Shown piece by piece: positions 40,439-50,225 of a DNA stretch of 64,000 nucleotides. Each line of letters starts with the position of its first letter. The first letter of the stretch is position 1. Origin of the DNA: an uncultured Acidobacteriota bacterium (lineage in GTDB: Bacteria > Acidobacteriota > Thermoanaerobaculia > Gp7-AA8); NCBI GenBank assembly GCA_963822445.1, contig CAWGHO010000001.1:1408001-1472000 (forward strand), given 5' to 3'. The position numbers and the translations under genes were made by a program. The notes beneath the pieces were generated by a model. That model saw only the letters and a program-made list of their open reading frames with translations, did not search any database and was not told the origin of the DNA.

Positions 40439-42519
40439 CATGCCGGCAACTCGATCTCGAACCGCGTCCCCCGCGGATGGTTGTCATGCACGGAAATCTG
40501 TCCGTCGTGATCGCGAACGATGCGGTGAACGATGGCCAGCCCCAGGCCGGTACCGCGCCGCTTCGTCGAAAAGTACGGGAGGAAGAGCTTCTCTTTGTCG
40601 GAGTCGGGAACGCCGCGGCCGGGATCGGCGACTTCGATGACCACGCGATGCGGCGCACGGCGAGCGGTCACGCGGATCACGCCGGACTCCGTGGCCTCGA
40701 CGGCGTTCTTCAGCAGATTGCCGACCGCGCGGCGGATCTGCTCGGGGTCCATCAGCAGCTCGATGTCGTCCGCGACTTCGACACTCACGCTCACGTTCGG
40801 CTTCACGTCGCGGTACAGCGCCGCGGCCTGCTGCAGGATCTCCGCGAGTTGCGCGTGCCGCAGGTGCACGGCGGGCATGCGTGCGAATCGCGAGAACTCG
40901 TCCACCATCCGGCTGAGCTGACTGACCTCGGTGACGATGATCCGGCAACCTTCCTCGATGGCCGGATCCATCGTCCCGAACTTTTTGGCGATGCGCTCGG
41001 CGGAGAGCTGAATCGGCGTGAGGGGATTCTTGATCTCGTGCGCGATGCGCCGTGCGGCTTCGTTCCAGGCCGCGAGCTTCTGCGCCTGCACGAGCTGCGT
41101 GGAGTCTTCGATGGCGAGCACCCAACCGGAGCCGGTGCCGAGCCGCGTCGCGGAGAGCTCGAGGTAGCGAAGCTCGCCGCGGAGGATCAGCGCGACTTCC
41201 CGCGTGCGCGCGCGGCCGCTGGTGAGCTCGCGGAGCGCGGACTCGAGCGGCTCGAGGTCGCCGCTGAGGAGGTCGCCGAGGTTCGTGCGAGGGTCGATGG
41301 CATCGAGCTGGAGCATCTGCTGGGCGGCGCGGTTGATCGAGAGCAGCTCGAATTCATCGGTGAAGGCGATGATGCCCGTGGCCACGCTCTCGAGGACGGT
41401 GACCATGAGCCGGTTCGTCTCGGTCAGCTGTTGTCTCTGCGTGGCGAGCTGCGTCGACATGTCGTTGAACGAGTCGATGAGCCGGCCCACTTCGTCCGTG
41501 GCGGTGACTTCGACGCGATGCCCGACCGCGCCGTCTGCGAGCCGCGCCGTCGCTTCTGCCAGTGCCTTGATGGGGATAGTGATGCGGCGAGAGGCGTAGA
41601 TCGACGTCCAGAGCGTGCCGAAGAGGATGGCCAGCGTGACGGCGAGGAAGAGCATCGTCTGCGAGGCCTTGAGCGCCGACCGCTGCGACTGCAGCTGCTG
41701 GAAGTCGTTGTGGGCGATGATCGAGGCGTCGATGCGGCGGCTCATCGCGTCGGGGATGAACACTCCCGCGACGGCGACGTTGCCGGCGCCGAACGGCACG
41801 GCGGTGCGGATCCACTTCCCGCTGGCAACGAGATCGATTTTCACCGCGCGATTCTTCGCGGTGACTTCCTCGAAAAAGCGGGCGGATGGATCGGCGACTT
41901 CGTGAACGGGTACACGCGGGTTGGAGTGCGCCTTCACCAGAATGCCGCCGCGATACACAGCGGCCGTGTCGACGCGGTGGTACTGGAGCACGTGATTGAG
42001 GATGCGATCGACGCGGGCTTCATCCTGCGAATCGGGACTGCTGGCGATTTCGCGCGCGGCCCCGGCGGCGACTTCCGCCATCTGGTCCTGCGCCATCTGC
42101 GCGATGGCTTCGCTGTTCTCGAGGATTTCTTTCACCGGCGTGGCGAACCAGCGGTCGACGGAGACGCGCAGCAGGTCGGTGGCGATCACGAAAAGGATGA
42201 TCACCGGCAGCAGCGAGGTCGCGACGTAGGTCACGACGAGCTTCGTGCGGAACCGCGAGCCGATGATGCCGCGCTGGCGCTCGAGCACCAGCTTCACGAT
42301 CCCGCGCAGGATCACGAAGAGGATGCCGATGATCAGCAGCAGGTTGATGTTCAGCAGCACGAACAGCAGCAACCGGTTGCTGAGCGCCTCGGGCGTCAGC
42401 TCCTTGGCCTGCTGGATCGCGTAGTAGACGAGGCTCGTCGCCGCGAGGATCACCAGCGGCACGGAGATGATGAACCGCGGGTCCTTGCGATAGCGGAGGA
42501 CGAGCTCGCGGAGACTCAC
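40438..42519 (-). CDS. ntrY: NtrY-like sensor histidine kinase
   Basis: TM segments, HAMP, PAS; AWNEAARRIAHEIKNPLTPIQLSAER; GTGLGL. Confidence 0.88.
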   Translation of the reverse strand: MSLRELVLRYRKDPRFIISVPLVILAATSLVYYAIQQAKELTPEALSNRLLLFVLLNINLLLIIGILFVILRGIVKLVLERQRGIIGSRFRTKLVVTYVATSLLPVIILFVIATDLLRVSVDRWFATPVKEILENSEAIAQMAQDQMAEVAAGAAREIASSPDSQDEARVDRILNHVLQYHRVDTAAVYRGGILVKAHSNPRVPVHEVADPSARFFEEVTAKNRAVKIDLVASGKWIRTAVPFGAGNVAVAGVFIPDAMSRRIDASIIAHNDFQQLQSQRSALKASQTMLFLAVTLAILFGTLWTSIYASRRITIPIKALAEATARLADGAVGHRVEVTATDEVGRLIDSFNDMSTQLATQRQQLTETNRLMVTVLESVATGIIAFTDEFELLSINRAAQQMLQLDAIDPRTNLGDLLSGDLEPLESALRELTSGRARTREVALILRGELRYLELSATRLGTGSGWVLAIEDSTQLVQAQKLAAWNEAARRIAHEIKNPLTPIQLSAERIAKKFGTMDPAIEEGCRIIVTEVSQLSRMVDEFSRFARMPAVHLRHAQLAEILQQAAALYRDVKPNVSVSVEVADDIELLMDPEQIRRAVGNLLKNAVEATESGVIRVTARRAPHRVVIEVADPGRGVPDSDKEKLFLPYFSTKRRGTGLGLAIVHRIVRDHDGQISVHDNHPRGTRFEIELPA

Positions 42520-43067
42520 GGCACGCTCCCGGCCGGCTTCACCCGCGTCTCGCGCCAGCGCGTCGACACTTCCCAGGGAATGACGTACATCAGCCAGCCG
42601 CGCATCAGATCGGCCTTCACCCGCACTTTCAATTTGTGCGGCTTGCGCTTGCCGATCTCGAAGAGGTCCGGCTCTTCGATCGCCGTCATCCGGCGCACGA
42701 GCGCCGCGAGATCGGTGAAGGTCTCGGAGCGGACCAGATGCTTGTCGCGGCGGTAGTTCAGCAGGTACTCGCGGGTGAGCGAGTTGAACGTGCAGATGAC
42801 TTCGACCCGGGAGCTGTCGACGCCCGAGTCGAACCAGTTCGGCCGGTCGCGAAAGATCTCCACGACGTAGGTGAAACTGGTGGGCAGTCCGCTCTGGAGC
42901 GCCTGGACCAGCTCGCCGTTCTTGAACGCGCCTTCGAGGGTGAACCAGACCGAAACCTTCCCGCTCGCTTCAGTCGCTCCGAGATTCCTGATCTCAGGGT
43001 TCGGCGGTTTCTCCGCCATCGCTGGAAACGCCAGCAATAGAGAGAGGATGAGCGGGAGCCGCGACAC
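42516..43067 (-). CDS. DUF4390-like periplasmic protein
   Basis: Signal peptide; AL.SG.P..F.Y..E...R..WF pattern; typical position upstream of ntrY. Confidence 0.75.
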   Translation of the reverse strand: MSRLPLILSLLLAFPAMAEKPPNPEIRNLGATEASGKVSVWFTLEGAFKNGELVQALQSGLPTSFTYVVEIFRDRPNWFDSGVDSSRVEVICTFNSLTREYLLNYRRDKHLVRSETFTDLAALVRRMTAIEEPDLFEIGKRKPHKLKVRVKADLMRGWLMYVIPWEVSTRWRETRVKPAGSVP

Positions 43068-43108
43068 GGTGTGGCTTTTTTACCACAGTGGCGGGTGAAA
43101 CGGCGATT

Positions 43109-43996
43109 TCAGGCGAAGGAAGTCTCGATGCCCTGCCCGAACGCGATCCCTGCCTCTTCCCGCTGCGTCGCCGTCGCGCGGAGCAGCTTGGCCACGAACG
43201 CCGAGTGCATGGCGTGGCCGGCGCGATGGGCGGTGATCTCGCCGGCGATCGGCGCGCCAACCAGGGCCAGATCGCCGATCAGGTCGAGGATCTTGTGACG
43301 GACGAATTCGTCCTTGAAGCGCAGAGGACCGTTCATCACGCCGCGGTCGTCGAGGACGATCGCGTTCTCGACCGATCCGCCGCGGGCCAGGCCGGCCGCG
43401 CGGAGCTTCTCGACGTCGCGCATGAAGCCGAAGGTGCGGGCCGGGGCGATCTTTTTGAGGAAGTTGTCGTGGCCGAAATCGAACTGCATCGACTGCCGGC
43501 CGATGACCGGATGATCGAAATCGATGCGGTATTTGATGATCAGACGGTTGGAGGGAACGATGCGGATGCTCTTTTCGCCTTCGATAATCTCGACCGGCTC
43601 GCGAAGACGCAGGACGGGGATCTCGGTGCCGAGGTCGCGGACGCCGGCGGCGTCGATGAGGTGCATGAAGGGAAGGGCGCTGCCGTCGATGATCGGGACT
43701 TCCGGGCCATCGATGCGGATGTCGACGTCGGTGATGCCGCAGGCCATGATCGCGGCGAGTAGATGCTCGACCGTGCCGACCTGCACGTCGTCTTTGCCGA
43801 CGGTGGTGGCGTGATCGAGGGCGGTCGTCGACGCCTGCAGCGCCGGGATGCGCAGACCGTCGAGGTCCGCGCGGACGAAGGTGATGCCGGTGCCCGCGGG
43901 AACGGGGTGAAGCTCGACGGTGGTGTAGATGCCTGAATGGAGACCGATGCCGGTGATGCTGACGTCGGTGTTGATGGTTCTGCGTTGAACGAACAT
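43109..43996 (-). CDS. lpxC: UDP-3-O-acyl-N-acetylglucosamine deacetylase
   Basis: GIGLHSG, TVEHLLAA, ARTFGF, EFVRHKILDLIGD. Confidence 0.97.
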   Translation of the reverse strand: MFVQRRTINTDVSITGIGLHSGIYTTVELHPVPAGTGITFVRADLDGLRIPALQASTTALDHATTVGKDDVQVGTVEHLLAAIMACGITDVDIRIDGPEVPIIDGSALPFMHLIDAAGVRDLGTEIPVLRLREPVEIIEGEKSIRIVPSNRLIIKYRIDFDHPVIGRQSMQFDFGHDNFLKKIAPARTFGFMRDVEKLRAAGLARGGSVENAIVLDDRGVMNGPLRFKDEFVRHKILDLIGDLALVGAPIAGEITAHRAGHAMHSAFVAKLLRATATQREEAGIAFGQGIETSFA

Positions 43997-44010
43997 GCGG
44001 TCAGGCGTAG

Positions 44011-44026
44011 AGCGAGGCCAGTGCCA
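44011..44026 (-). promoter_or_regulatory. Sigma-54 promoter candidate for lpxC
   Basis: TGGCACTGGCCTCGCT; predicted +1 about 4 nt before the ATG. Confidence 0.6.
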
Positions 44027-44133
44027 CGGAGACCTCTTGACCGCGAATCACACCTAAGCCTCGCACTTGCCGCGTTTAAGTGATTCCGAGCGACGCGCTG
44101 GAAGCATCACTTCTGTCGCCTCTCCAGGTCACG

Positions 44134-44155
44134 ACTGTGGTTGGGGAACCACAGT
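44134..44155. promoter_or_regulatory. Perfect palindrome, candidate enhancer (UAS)
   Basis: ACTGTGGTT-GGGG-AACCACAGT, about 110-130 bp upstream of the sigma-54 motif. Confidence 0.45.
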
Positions 44156-44158
44156 GCG

Positions 44159-44251
44159 AGTCGTTAGTGATTAGTCGTTAGTGATTAGTAGACCGAAACC
44201 GGAGCCTGTGCCTCGGTTCTACTAACGACTAATCACTAACGACTAACGACT
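44159..44251. repeat. Inverted tandem 7-mer hairpin, GTCGTTA family, copy 2 (overlaps the smpB stop)
   Basis: (GTCGTTA GTGATTA)x2 GTAGA...GGTTCTAC TAACGAC TAATCAC TAACGAC TAACGAC. Confidence 0.9.
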
Positions 44252-44713
44252 GCCTTTCATCGCCTGCGCGGCCTCGCGATCGGCCTCGCGAGTGCGCTCG
44301 GTCTCGCGCTTGTCGTACTGCTTCTTCCCGCGAACGATGGCGACCTCGGTCTTGACCCGGCTGCCCTTGAAGTAGAGACGCAGGGGAACGACGCTCAGCC
44401 CCTTCTCGACGGTCTGCACGCGCAGCTTCTCGATCTCGTTCTTGTGCAGGAGCAGCTTCCGGAGCCGCTCCGGCTCGTGATTCTGGAGATTGCCGTGCGA
44501 GTAGGGAGAGATGTGCGCCCCGAAGAGGAAGGCCTCGCCGTCCTTGAAGATCACGTAGGCGTCCTTCAGGTTGGCTTTCCCGTCACGCAGGGCCTTGACC
44601 TCGGTCCCGGTGAGCATGAGCCCGGCCTCGAACTTCTGCACGATGAAGTAGTCGTGCAGCGCTTTCTTGTTCGAAGCAATGAGTTTCTCGCCCGAATCGG
44701 GCTTGGCGGCCAT
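44243..44713 (-). CDS. smpB: SsrA-binding protein
   Basis: NKKALHDY, EAGLMLTGTEVK, RKLLLHK, GKKQYDKRE. Confidence 0.98.
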   Translation of the reverse strand: MAAKPDSGEKLIASNKKALHDYFIVQKFEAGLMLTGTEVKALRDGKANLKDAYVIFKDGEAFLFGAHISPYSHGNLQNHEPERLRKLLLHKNEIEKLRVQTVEKGLSVVPLRLYFKGSRVKTEVAIVRGKKQYDKRETERTREADREAAQAMKGSR

Positions 44714-44725
44714 GGGCGGGCGATT

Positions 44726-45115
44726 CTAGTCGATGTACTCGATGCGGGCGGCGTGGCCGGAGGAGTTGGCGAGGCGGCGGTCGCGGGTGAGGAGGGGGAT
44801 CTGGAGCCGCTCGGCAAGCGCCACGTAGCTTGCGTCGTAGGCAGTGACGTTCTTGCGCAACTCCCAGATGCGATTGAGGAGCAGGACGTGACTGAAACGC
44901 TCAATGTGAAACGACGCGTAGATTGCCACGGCCTCGCGCAGATCCGCTTCGCTTGCTCGCGCTTGCACCGCAGAGTTCCGAAGACTGTGTAATACCTCGA
45001 GGTCGATCAGGTGGGGCGCGACGGCCTCTCCACTCACGAGTACACCGAGGAGTTCACGGGTGCCGAGACCGAGCAACGCGTGGATCACGGCCGACGAATC
45101 AACGACGACCGACAT
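44726..45115 (-). CDS. vapC: PIN-domain VapC-like toxin
   Basis: VVVDSSAV, APHLIDLEV, TAYDASYVALAE, LLTRDRRL. Confidence 0.9.
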   Translation of the reverse strand: MSVVVDSSAVIHALLGLGTRELLGVLVSGEAVAPHLIDLEVLHSLRNSAVQARASEADLREAVAIYASFHIERFSHVLLLNRIWELRKNVTAYDASYVALAERLQIPLLTRDRRLANSSGHAARIEYID

Positions 45116-45374
45116 CCTTCAGCCAACTCTCCATCTCCGTTTCGCGCTCCTCGCGGCCTTGTCGAATCAACTCCGCCGCGTCAAGACCGGCAAACAGCGG
45201 CGCACGCCGCGCCATCCGCTCGATCAACTCTTTCTTGGTGAAACGCGGCCTCGTCTTTTCCCACTCCTGGTACAGGTAGTCCGGAAGCGACAACCCTGCC
45301 TCGGCAGCGCGCGCCTTGAGGGTCTCGTATGTTTCCTGCCGCTCGTTCGCGATCGGAGCGATCTTGCTGCTCAT
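45099..45374 (-). CDS. Ribbon-helix-helix (FitA/VapB-like) antitoxin
   Basis: LKARAAEAGLSLPDYL; overlaps the toxin start. Confidence 0.8.
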   Translation of the reverse strand: MSSKIAPIANERQETYETLKARAAEAGLSLPDYLYQEWEKTRPRFTKKELIERMARRAPLFAGLDAAELIRQGREERETEMESWLKDVGRR

Positions 45375-45466
45375 GACGCATACGTTGAACCTCCCGCACC
45401 GCGCTGTCAAATCCCCTTCTGCTATCATCCGCGCCCGATTTTCTTCTGTAGAGGAGCTTCCCCCTC

Positions 45467-46525
45467 ATGACTAAAAAGAACATCGTGCACGTGGTCGGCA
45501 CGGGCACTATCGGTGAGCCTCTGATCGGGCTCTTCACCGACTTCAAGGACAAGTGGGACATCGACGAGGTCACGTTCCACAAGCGCACGCCGGCCGCCAC
45601 GGATCGCGCGATGGTCGAGCATCTGATCAACCGCGGGGGCAAGCTCGTCGCGGATGAAGGGGCGCGCGACGAGTTCGCGCGGCTCGGTCATCGGGTCGCA
45701 TTCACGACCGAAGAGGCGTTGGAGCGGGCCACGGTCGTCGTCGATTGCACGCCGGCCGGCCTCGACAACAAGGCCAAGTACTACGACCACATCAAAGGGC
45801 CGAAGGGCTACCTGGCCCAGGGCTCGGAGTTCGGCTTCGGCAAGCCGTACGCGCGCGGCATCAACGACGAAGTGCAGAACCCCGACGACCGGTTTGTGCA
45901 GATCGTCTCCTGCAACACCCACAACATCTCCGTGCTCCTCAAGACCCTGGCCTCGGTCGACGGCAAGATCAGCCTCGTCGCCGGCCGTTTCGTCTGCATG
46001 CGCCGGGCGAATGACGTCAGCGACACGAAGTCGTACATCGCCGCACCGGAAGCAGGGAAGCACGACGATCCCGAATTCGGCACGCACCACGCCCGCGACG
46101 CCTACCACGTCTTCCAGACCCTCGGCGAAAAGCTCAATCTGTTCTCGTCGGCGATCAAGCTCCCGACGCAGTACATGCACACCCTCTGGTTCGATCTCGA
46201 GCTGAAGCACGACACGACCCTCGAAGAGACCAAAGCCGCGCTGCGCAACAATCCGCGCGTGGCCTGCACGGCCAAGCGGGCCGTGAACCAGATCTTCTCC
46301 TTCGGCCGCGATCACGGCTATTTCGGCCGAATCCTTTCCCAGACCGTCGTGCCGATGTCGACGATCAGCGTGCCGTCGCCGCGCAAGATCGTCGGCTTCT
46401 GCTACACCCCGCAGGACGGCAACTCGCTGCTCTCGTCGATCGCGGCGACGCTGCGTTACCTCGACGCTTCGAAGCTCGACGAGCGCCTCGACGTGCTGCG
46501 TCCCTACATTTTCCGGGAGATCTAG
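45467..46525 (+). CDS. Archaeal-type (type II) glyceraldehyde-3-phosphate dehydrogenase-like protein
   Basis: VVGTGTIG, VVDCTP, QIVSCNTH and THHARD, matching the type II GAPDH SCNT and SHHG motifs. Confidence 0.7.
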   Translation: MTKKNIVHVVGTGTIGEPLIGLFTDFKDKWDIDEVTFHKRTPAATDRAMVEHLINRGGKLVADEGARDEFARLGHRVAFTTEEALERATVVVDCTPAGLDNKAKYYDHIKGPKGYLAQGSEFGFGKPYARGINDEVQNPDDRFVQIVSCNTHNISVLLKTLASVDGKISLVAGRFVCMRRANDVSDTKSYIAAPEAGKHDDPEFGTHHARDAYHVFQTLGEKLNLFSSAIKLPTQYMHTLWFDLELKHDTTLEETKAALRNNPRVACTAKRAVNQIFSFGRDHGYFGRILSQTVVPMSTISVPSPRKIVGFCYTPQDGNSLLSSIAATLRYLDASKLDERLDVLRPYIFREI

Positions 46526-46528
46526 CCG

Positions 46529-46972
46529 TTGCCCGCGGTCAGGGCCGACATCGCGCGCCGCGTCATCGTGTATGTCGCGGCGCTCGTCTTTGCGGCGGCG
46601 TTGATCAAGCGCTTCCACTGGCTGGGCGGTCCGTACTTCGACTTTTTTCCGGAGACGATTCAGGATCACGTCTGGCCGGCGCGCTTTTTCAGCGCCGATG
46701 CGATCGTGCTGAGCCGCCGCGCCGAGCCGCTCCTTCCCCGTGGCGCGACGGTGACGATCCTCGCGCCCTCGGAAGCGCCGGATTACGACCAAACCCACTG
46801 GCTCACCGGCCTGGGCATGCTGCCGCGCAATCACCTCATGCCCCAGAAAATGACAGGACCGCCGGAGTCGCTGCCGCAGTACGTCATCGCCATCCGTGAC
46901 GAGTTCCCGCATCCGCACTACAAGCTCCACACGCGCTTCCCGGAAGGGTTTCTCTACGTGCGCACGCCATGA
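46529..46972 (+). CDS. Hypothetical membrane-anchored protein
   Basis: N-terminal TM; ATGA overlap with the next gene. Confidence 0.6.
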   Translation: MPAVRADIARRVIVYVAALVFAAALIKRFHWLGGPYFDFFPETIQDHVWPARFFSADAIVLSRRAEPLLPRGATVTILAPSEAPDYDQTHWLTGLGMLPRNHLMPQKMTGPPESLPQYVIAIRDEFPHPHYKLHTRFPEGFLYVRTP

Positions 46973-48222
46973 CCGACCTTCTCGGACTCCTGGCCTGGCT
47001 GCTCCTTCCGGCGATCGGAATCGCCATCTGGCGCGTGAGCTTCATCCGCTCGATGCCGCTGGCGGCGCGATTGGCCGTGTCGACAGCCGCGGGAGCATTG
47101 ATCGTCGCGCTGACGATGGCCGCGATGTCGCTCATCGGCATCGAATGGAGCCGGACGACGATCGGCATCGTCATGATTCTCTTCATCGCCGGCGGCAGCT
47201 ACGTTGCCTGCGGCGATCCGGCGCCGTTCGGAAAACACGTAGCCGTCCGCGCGGATCGCGTCGCGCTCGGCGGCGTCGCCGCGAGCGCGTTGCTCACGCT
47301 GTACGGCACCATCACCGCCCGCGAGAGCTGCGGCGATCTGCCGTTCACCTGGGGTCCGAAAGCGATCCGCTGGTTCCGCGCGGGCGGCATCGACCCCGGC
47401 GTCCTGCGCACCTGGCCGCAACTGACCGTCGACTACCCGCCGCTGCACACGCTGCTGCTGGCATTCACGAACACCGTGGCCTCGCATTTCCCCTGGTGGG
47501 CGGTCGTGCTCGCGTCGCCGCTCTTTTTCATCGCCACGATGGCCATCATCCGATCCTTCAGCGGCGACGACCTCGGGACGCTGCTCGTCGCGGCGACGCT
47601 GGCCTGGACCTTCTCCCATGCCTACCCCGCCGGATGCGCCGAACCGCCGCTGCTTCTTTTCGAGGCGATGACCATCGCCGCACTTACGTTCCTCGACGAC
47701 CCCCGCGCGCAGACAATGCTCGCCTCACTCGGCGCGGCCTGCGCGGTCTTCACGAAGCTCGAGGGAACCACATTCGCCATCGCCGTGGTCATCACAGTCC
47801 TCGTCGTGCAACGGAACTGGCGGCGCGCGGCAATCATCGCGGCCCCGGCCGCGGCTTTGTTCGGCGCGTGGATGGGATTCGTCTTCTGGAACGACCTCCT
47901 CTACATGTACGGCGGTGCGCGCCTGCCGATTCACTGGGCGGCGCTACCGGTCGTCCTGAAGACGCTCACGAAGGTCGCCCGCTACGAGCTGCTCTGGTTG
48001 CCGTGGATCGTTCCCGTGGTCCTGATCGCCCTCGGCAACGCCCGCCGCGCGCTCGTTCCCCTCTCCATCTGCTTCCTCACCCTCGGCGCCACGGTCTACT
48101 TCTACATCCACTATCCGGACCCCGTCTGGTGGATCGAAAGCTCCTCGCCGCGCGTCCTTTTGACGCCTCTGCTCGCGCTTCTGATCGCGGCGGTGGCTTC
48201 GTGGCGCAAGCCCGCAATTTGA
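46969..48222 (+). CDS. Multi-TM membrane protein, GT-C/ArnT-like glycosyltransferase candidate
   Basis: About 11 TM; WGPKA..W, DYPP and TKLEG motifs resemble GT-C folds. Confidence 0.55.
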   Translation: MTDLLGLLAWLLLPAIGIAIWRVSFIRSMPLAARLAVSTAAGALIVALTMAAMSLIGIEWSRTTIGIVMILFIAGGSYVACGDPAPFGKHVAVRADRVALGGVAASALLTLYGTITARESCGDLPFTWGPKAIRWFRAGGIDPGVLRTWPQLTVDYPPLHTLLLAFTNTVASHFPWWAVVLASPLFFIATMAIIRSFSGDDLGTLLVAATLAWTFSHAYPAGCAEPPLLLFEAMTIAALTFLDDPRAQTMLASLGAACAVFTKLEGTTFAIAVVITVLVVQRNWRRAAIIAAPAAALFGAWMGFVFWNDLLYMYGGARLPIHWAALPVVLKTLTKVARYELLWLPWIVPVVLIALGNARRALVPLSICFLTLGATVYFYIHYPDPVWWIESSSPRVLLTPLLALLIAAVASWRKPAI

Positions 48223-48238
48223 GCTAGAGTCGCCCGCC

Positions 48239-49084
48239 ATGGCGTGGTTCCGGAAAGAGAAGAAGCCGAAGGAAGCGGTCGAGAAGCAGACCGCCATCCC
48301 CGAAGGCCTGTGGGTCAAGTGCGATGAGTGCAAGGAGATCGTCTACCGCAAGGAAGTGGAGGCGAACTTCAACACCTGCCCGAAGTGCAGCTATCACTTC
48401 CGGCTCTCGGCGCGCGAGCGCTTCGAGATGCTCTTCGACGACAACAAGTACAAGGAATTCGCGACCGAGATCCGCTCCGGCGACCCCCTCGGATTCCGCG
48501 ACACGAAGCGCTACGCCGACCGCCTGAAGGTCTACCAGCAGCGCGTGGGAGGCGGCGACGCCGTCCTCTGCGCCGAGGGGAAGGTCGAGAACATCCCGGT
48601 CGTGATCTGCGCAATGGAGTACGCGTTCATGGGCGGGTCGATGGGCTCGGTGGTCGGCGAGAAGATCACCATCGCCATCGAGCGCGCCCTCGACAAGAAA
48701 GAGCCGGTGATCATCGTCTCCTGCTCGGGCGGCGCGCGCATGCAGGAAGGCATTCTCTCGCTGATGCAGATGGCGAAGATTTCCGCGGCCCTGGCCCGGC
48801 TCGCCGATGCCGGCCTGCCCTACATCTCCGTTCTCACCGACCCCACGACAGGCGGCGTGACGGCTTCCTACGCCATGCTCGGCGATCTCAACATCGCCGA
48901 GCCGAAGGCGCTGATCGGCTTCGCCGGCCCGCGCGTGATCGAGCAGACCATCCGCCAGACTCTGCCCGAGGGGTTTCAGACCAGCGAGTTCCTCGTCGAG
49001 CATGGGATGGTCGACCTGATCACGCCGCGCGGCGAGATGAAGCCGGCCATCGGGCGGTTCCTCCGCTTTTTCCGCGGACAGTGA
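48239..49084 (+). CDS. accD: Acetyl-CoA carboxylase carboxyltransferase beta subunit
   Basis: Zinc finger CDEC..CPKC, FMGGSMG, GGARMQEG, PTTGGVTAS. Confidence 0.98.
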   Translation: MAWFRKEKKPKEAVEKQTAIPEGLWVKCDECKEIVYRKEVEANFNTCPKCSYHFRLSARERFEMLFDDNKYKEFATEIRSGDPLGFRDTKRYADRLKVYQQRVGGGDAVLCAEGKVENIPVVICAMEYAFMGGSMGSVVGEKITIAIERALDKKEPVIIVSCSGGARMQEGILSLMQMAKISAALARLADAGLPYISVLTDPTTGGVTASYAMLGDLNIAEPKALIGFAGPRVIEQTIRQTLPEGFQTSEFLVEHGMVDLITPRGEMKPAIGRFLRFFRGQ

Positions 49085-50225
49085 GGCCGCTGGACTGGCT
49101 CGACTCACTGCAAGGCAGCGGCATCCGTCCCGGCCTCGGCCGGATGCGCGTGCTCCTGAAATGCCTCGGCAATCCCCACAAAAAGTATCCGTCGGTCATC
49201 GTCGCCGGGACCAACGGCAAGGGATCGGTTTCGGCGATGCTCACCTCGATCTTCAACGAGGCGGGAATCCGGACCGCGCACTACACCTCGCCGCATCTCG
49301 TCGACATCCGCGAACGCTGGACGATCGGCGGCGAGATGATCGATGCGTCGCTGCTCGACGAGTGCATCGAGGAACTGCGCGCCGCGAGCCGGAGATCCTG
49401 CCCACGTACTTTGAAGCGCTGACGCTGCTCGCGTTTCTCGCGTTCGCCGGGAGATGCGAGATGGCCGTACTCGAAGTGGGAATGGGAGGGCGCCTGGACG
49501 CGACGAATGTCGTGCGGCCGCTCGCCTCGGTCATCACCCCCGTCGCTTTCGATCACATGGAGTACCTCGGCGACACGATCCGGAAGATCGCCGCGGAAAA
49601 AGCCGGCGTCATTCATCGCGGGGCGATCGTGCTCACCTCCAGCGACGATCCGGAAGTACTCGCCGTTATCCGCAAACGGGCGGAGAAATTCGGCAATCCC
49701 TTCATTCATGTGACCGAAGAACACTCCACGCCGCTCGAAGGCGCGTTTCAGCGGCGCAATGCGGGGCTCGCGGTGCGCGCCGCGCGGGAGCTGAAGATCG
49801 CCGAGGATGCGATTCAGCGCGGGATCGCGAACACACGCTGGCGCGGACGGCTCGAGCGGACGGATGTGATGGACAAGACCATCTGGATCGACGGCGGCCA
49901 CAACGCGCATGCCGCGCTTGCGATCGCGCCGTTCATCGAATCCAGCGTTCCGAGACCGCGGACGCTCGTCTTCGGGATCATGAGCGACAAGGACGTCGAC
50001 GCGGTGAAGGAGACGCTCTTTCCGCTCTTCGACCGCATCATCACCACCGAGCCCTATCCGCCGCGCTCGATGCCCGCGGAGGAGCTCGGCGGGATTCCCA
50101 TTTCCCAACCGGACCAGGCCTTCCAGGCCGCGCTCGATTCGCCGGAGCCTTCCATCGTCGTCGCCGGATCGCTTTACCTCGCGGGCGCCGCGCTTGCCTT
50201 TTTCGATAAGATCCGCGACCTATGA
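49081..50225 (+). CDS. folC: Folylpolyglutamate/dihydrofolate synthase (frameshift near 49390)
   Basis: [36 protein letters not shown]. Confidence 0.93.

Noticed and set aside
49370-49400. folC frameshift (and similar breaks in pilT at 61.0-62.2 kb)
   Set aside because: No slippery site or stimulatory structure is evident; most likely assembly errors.
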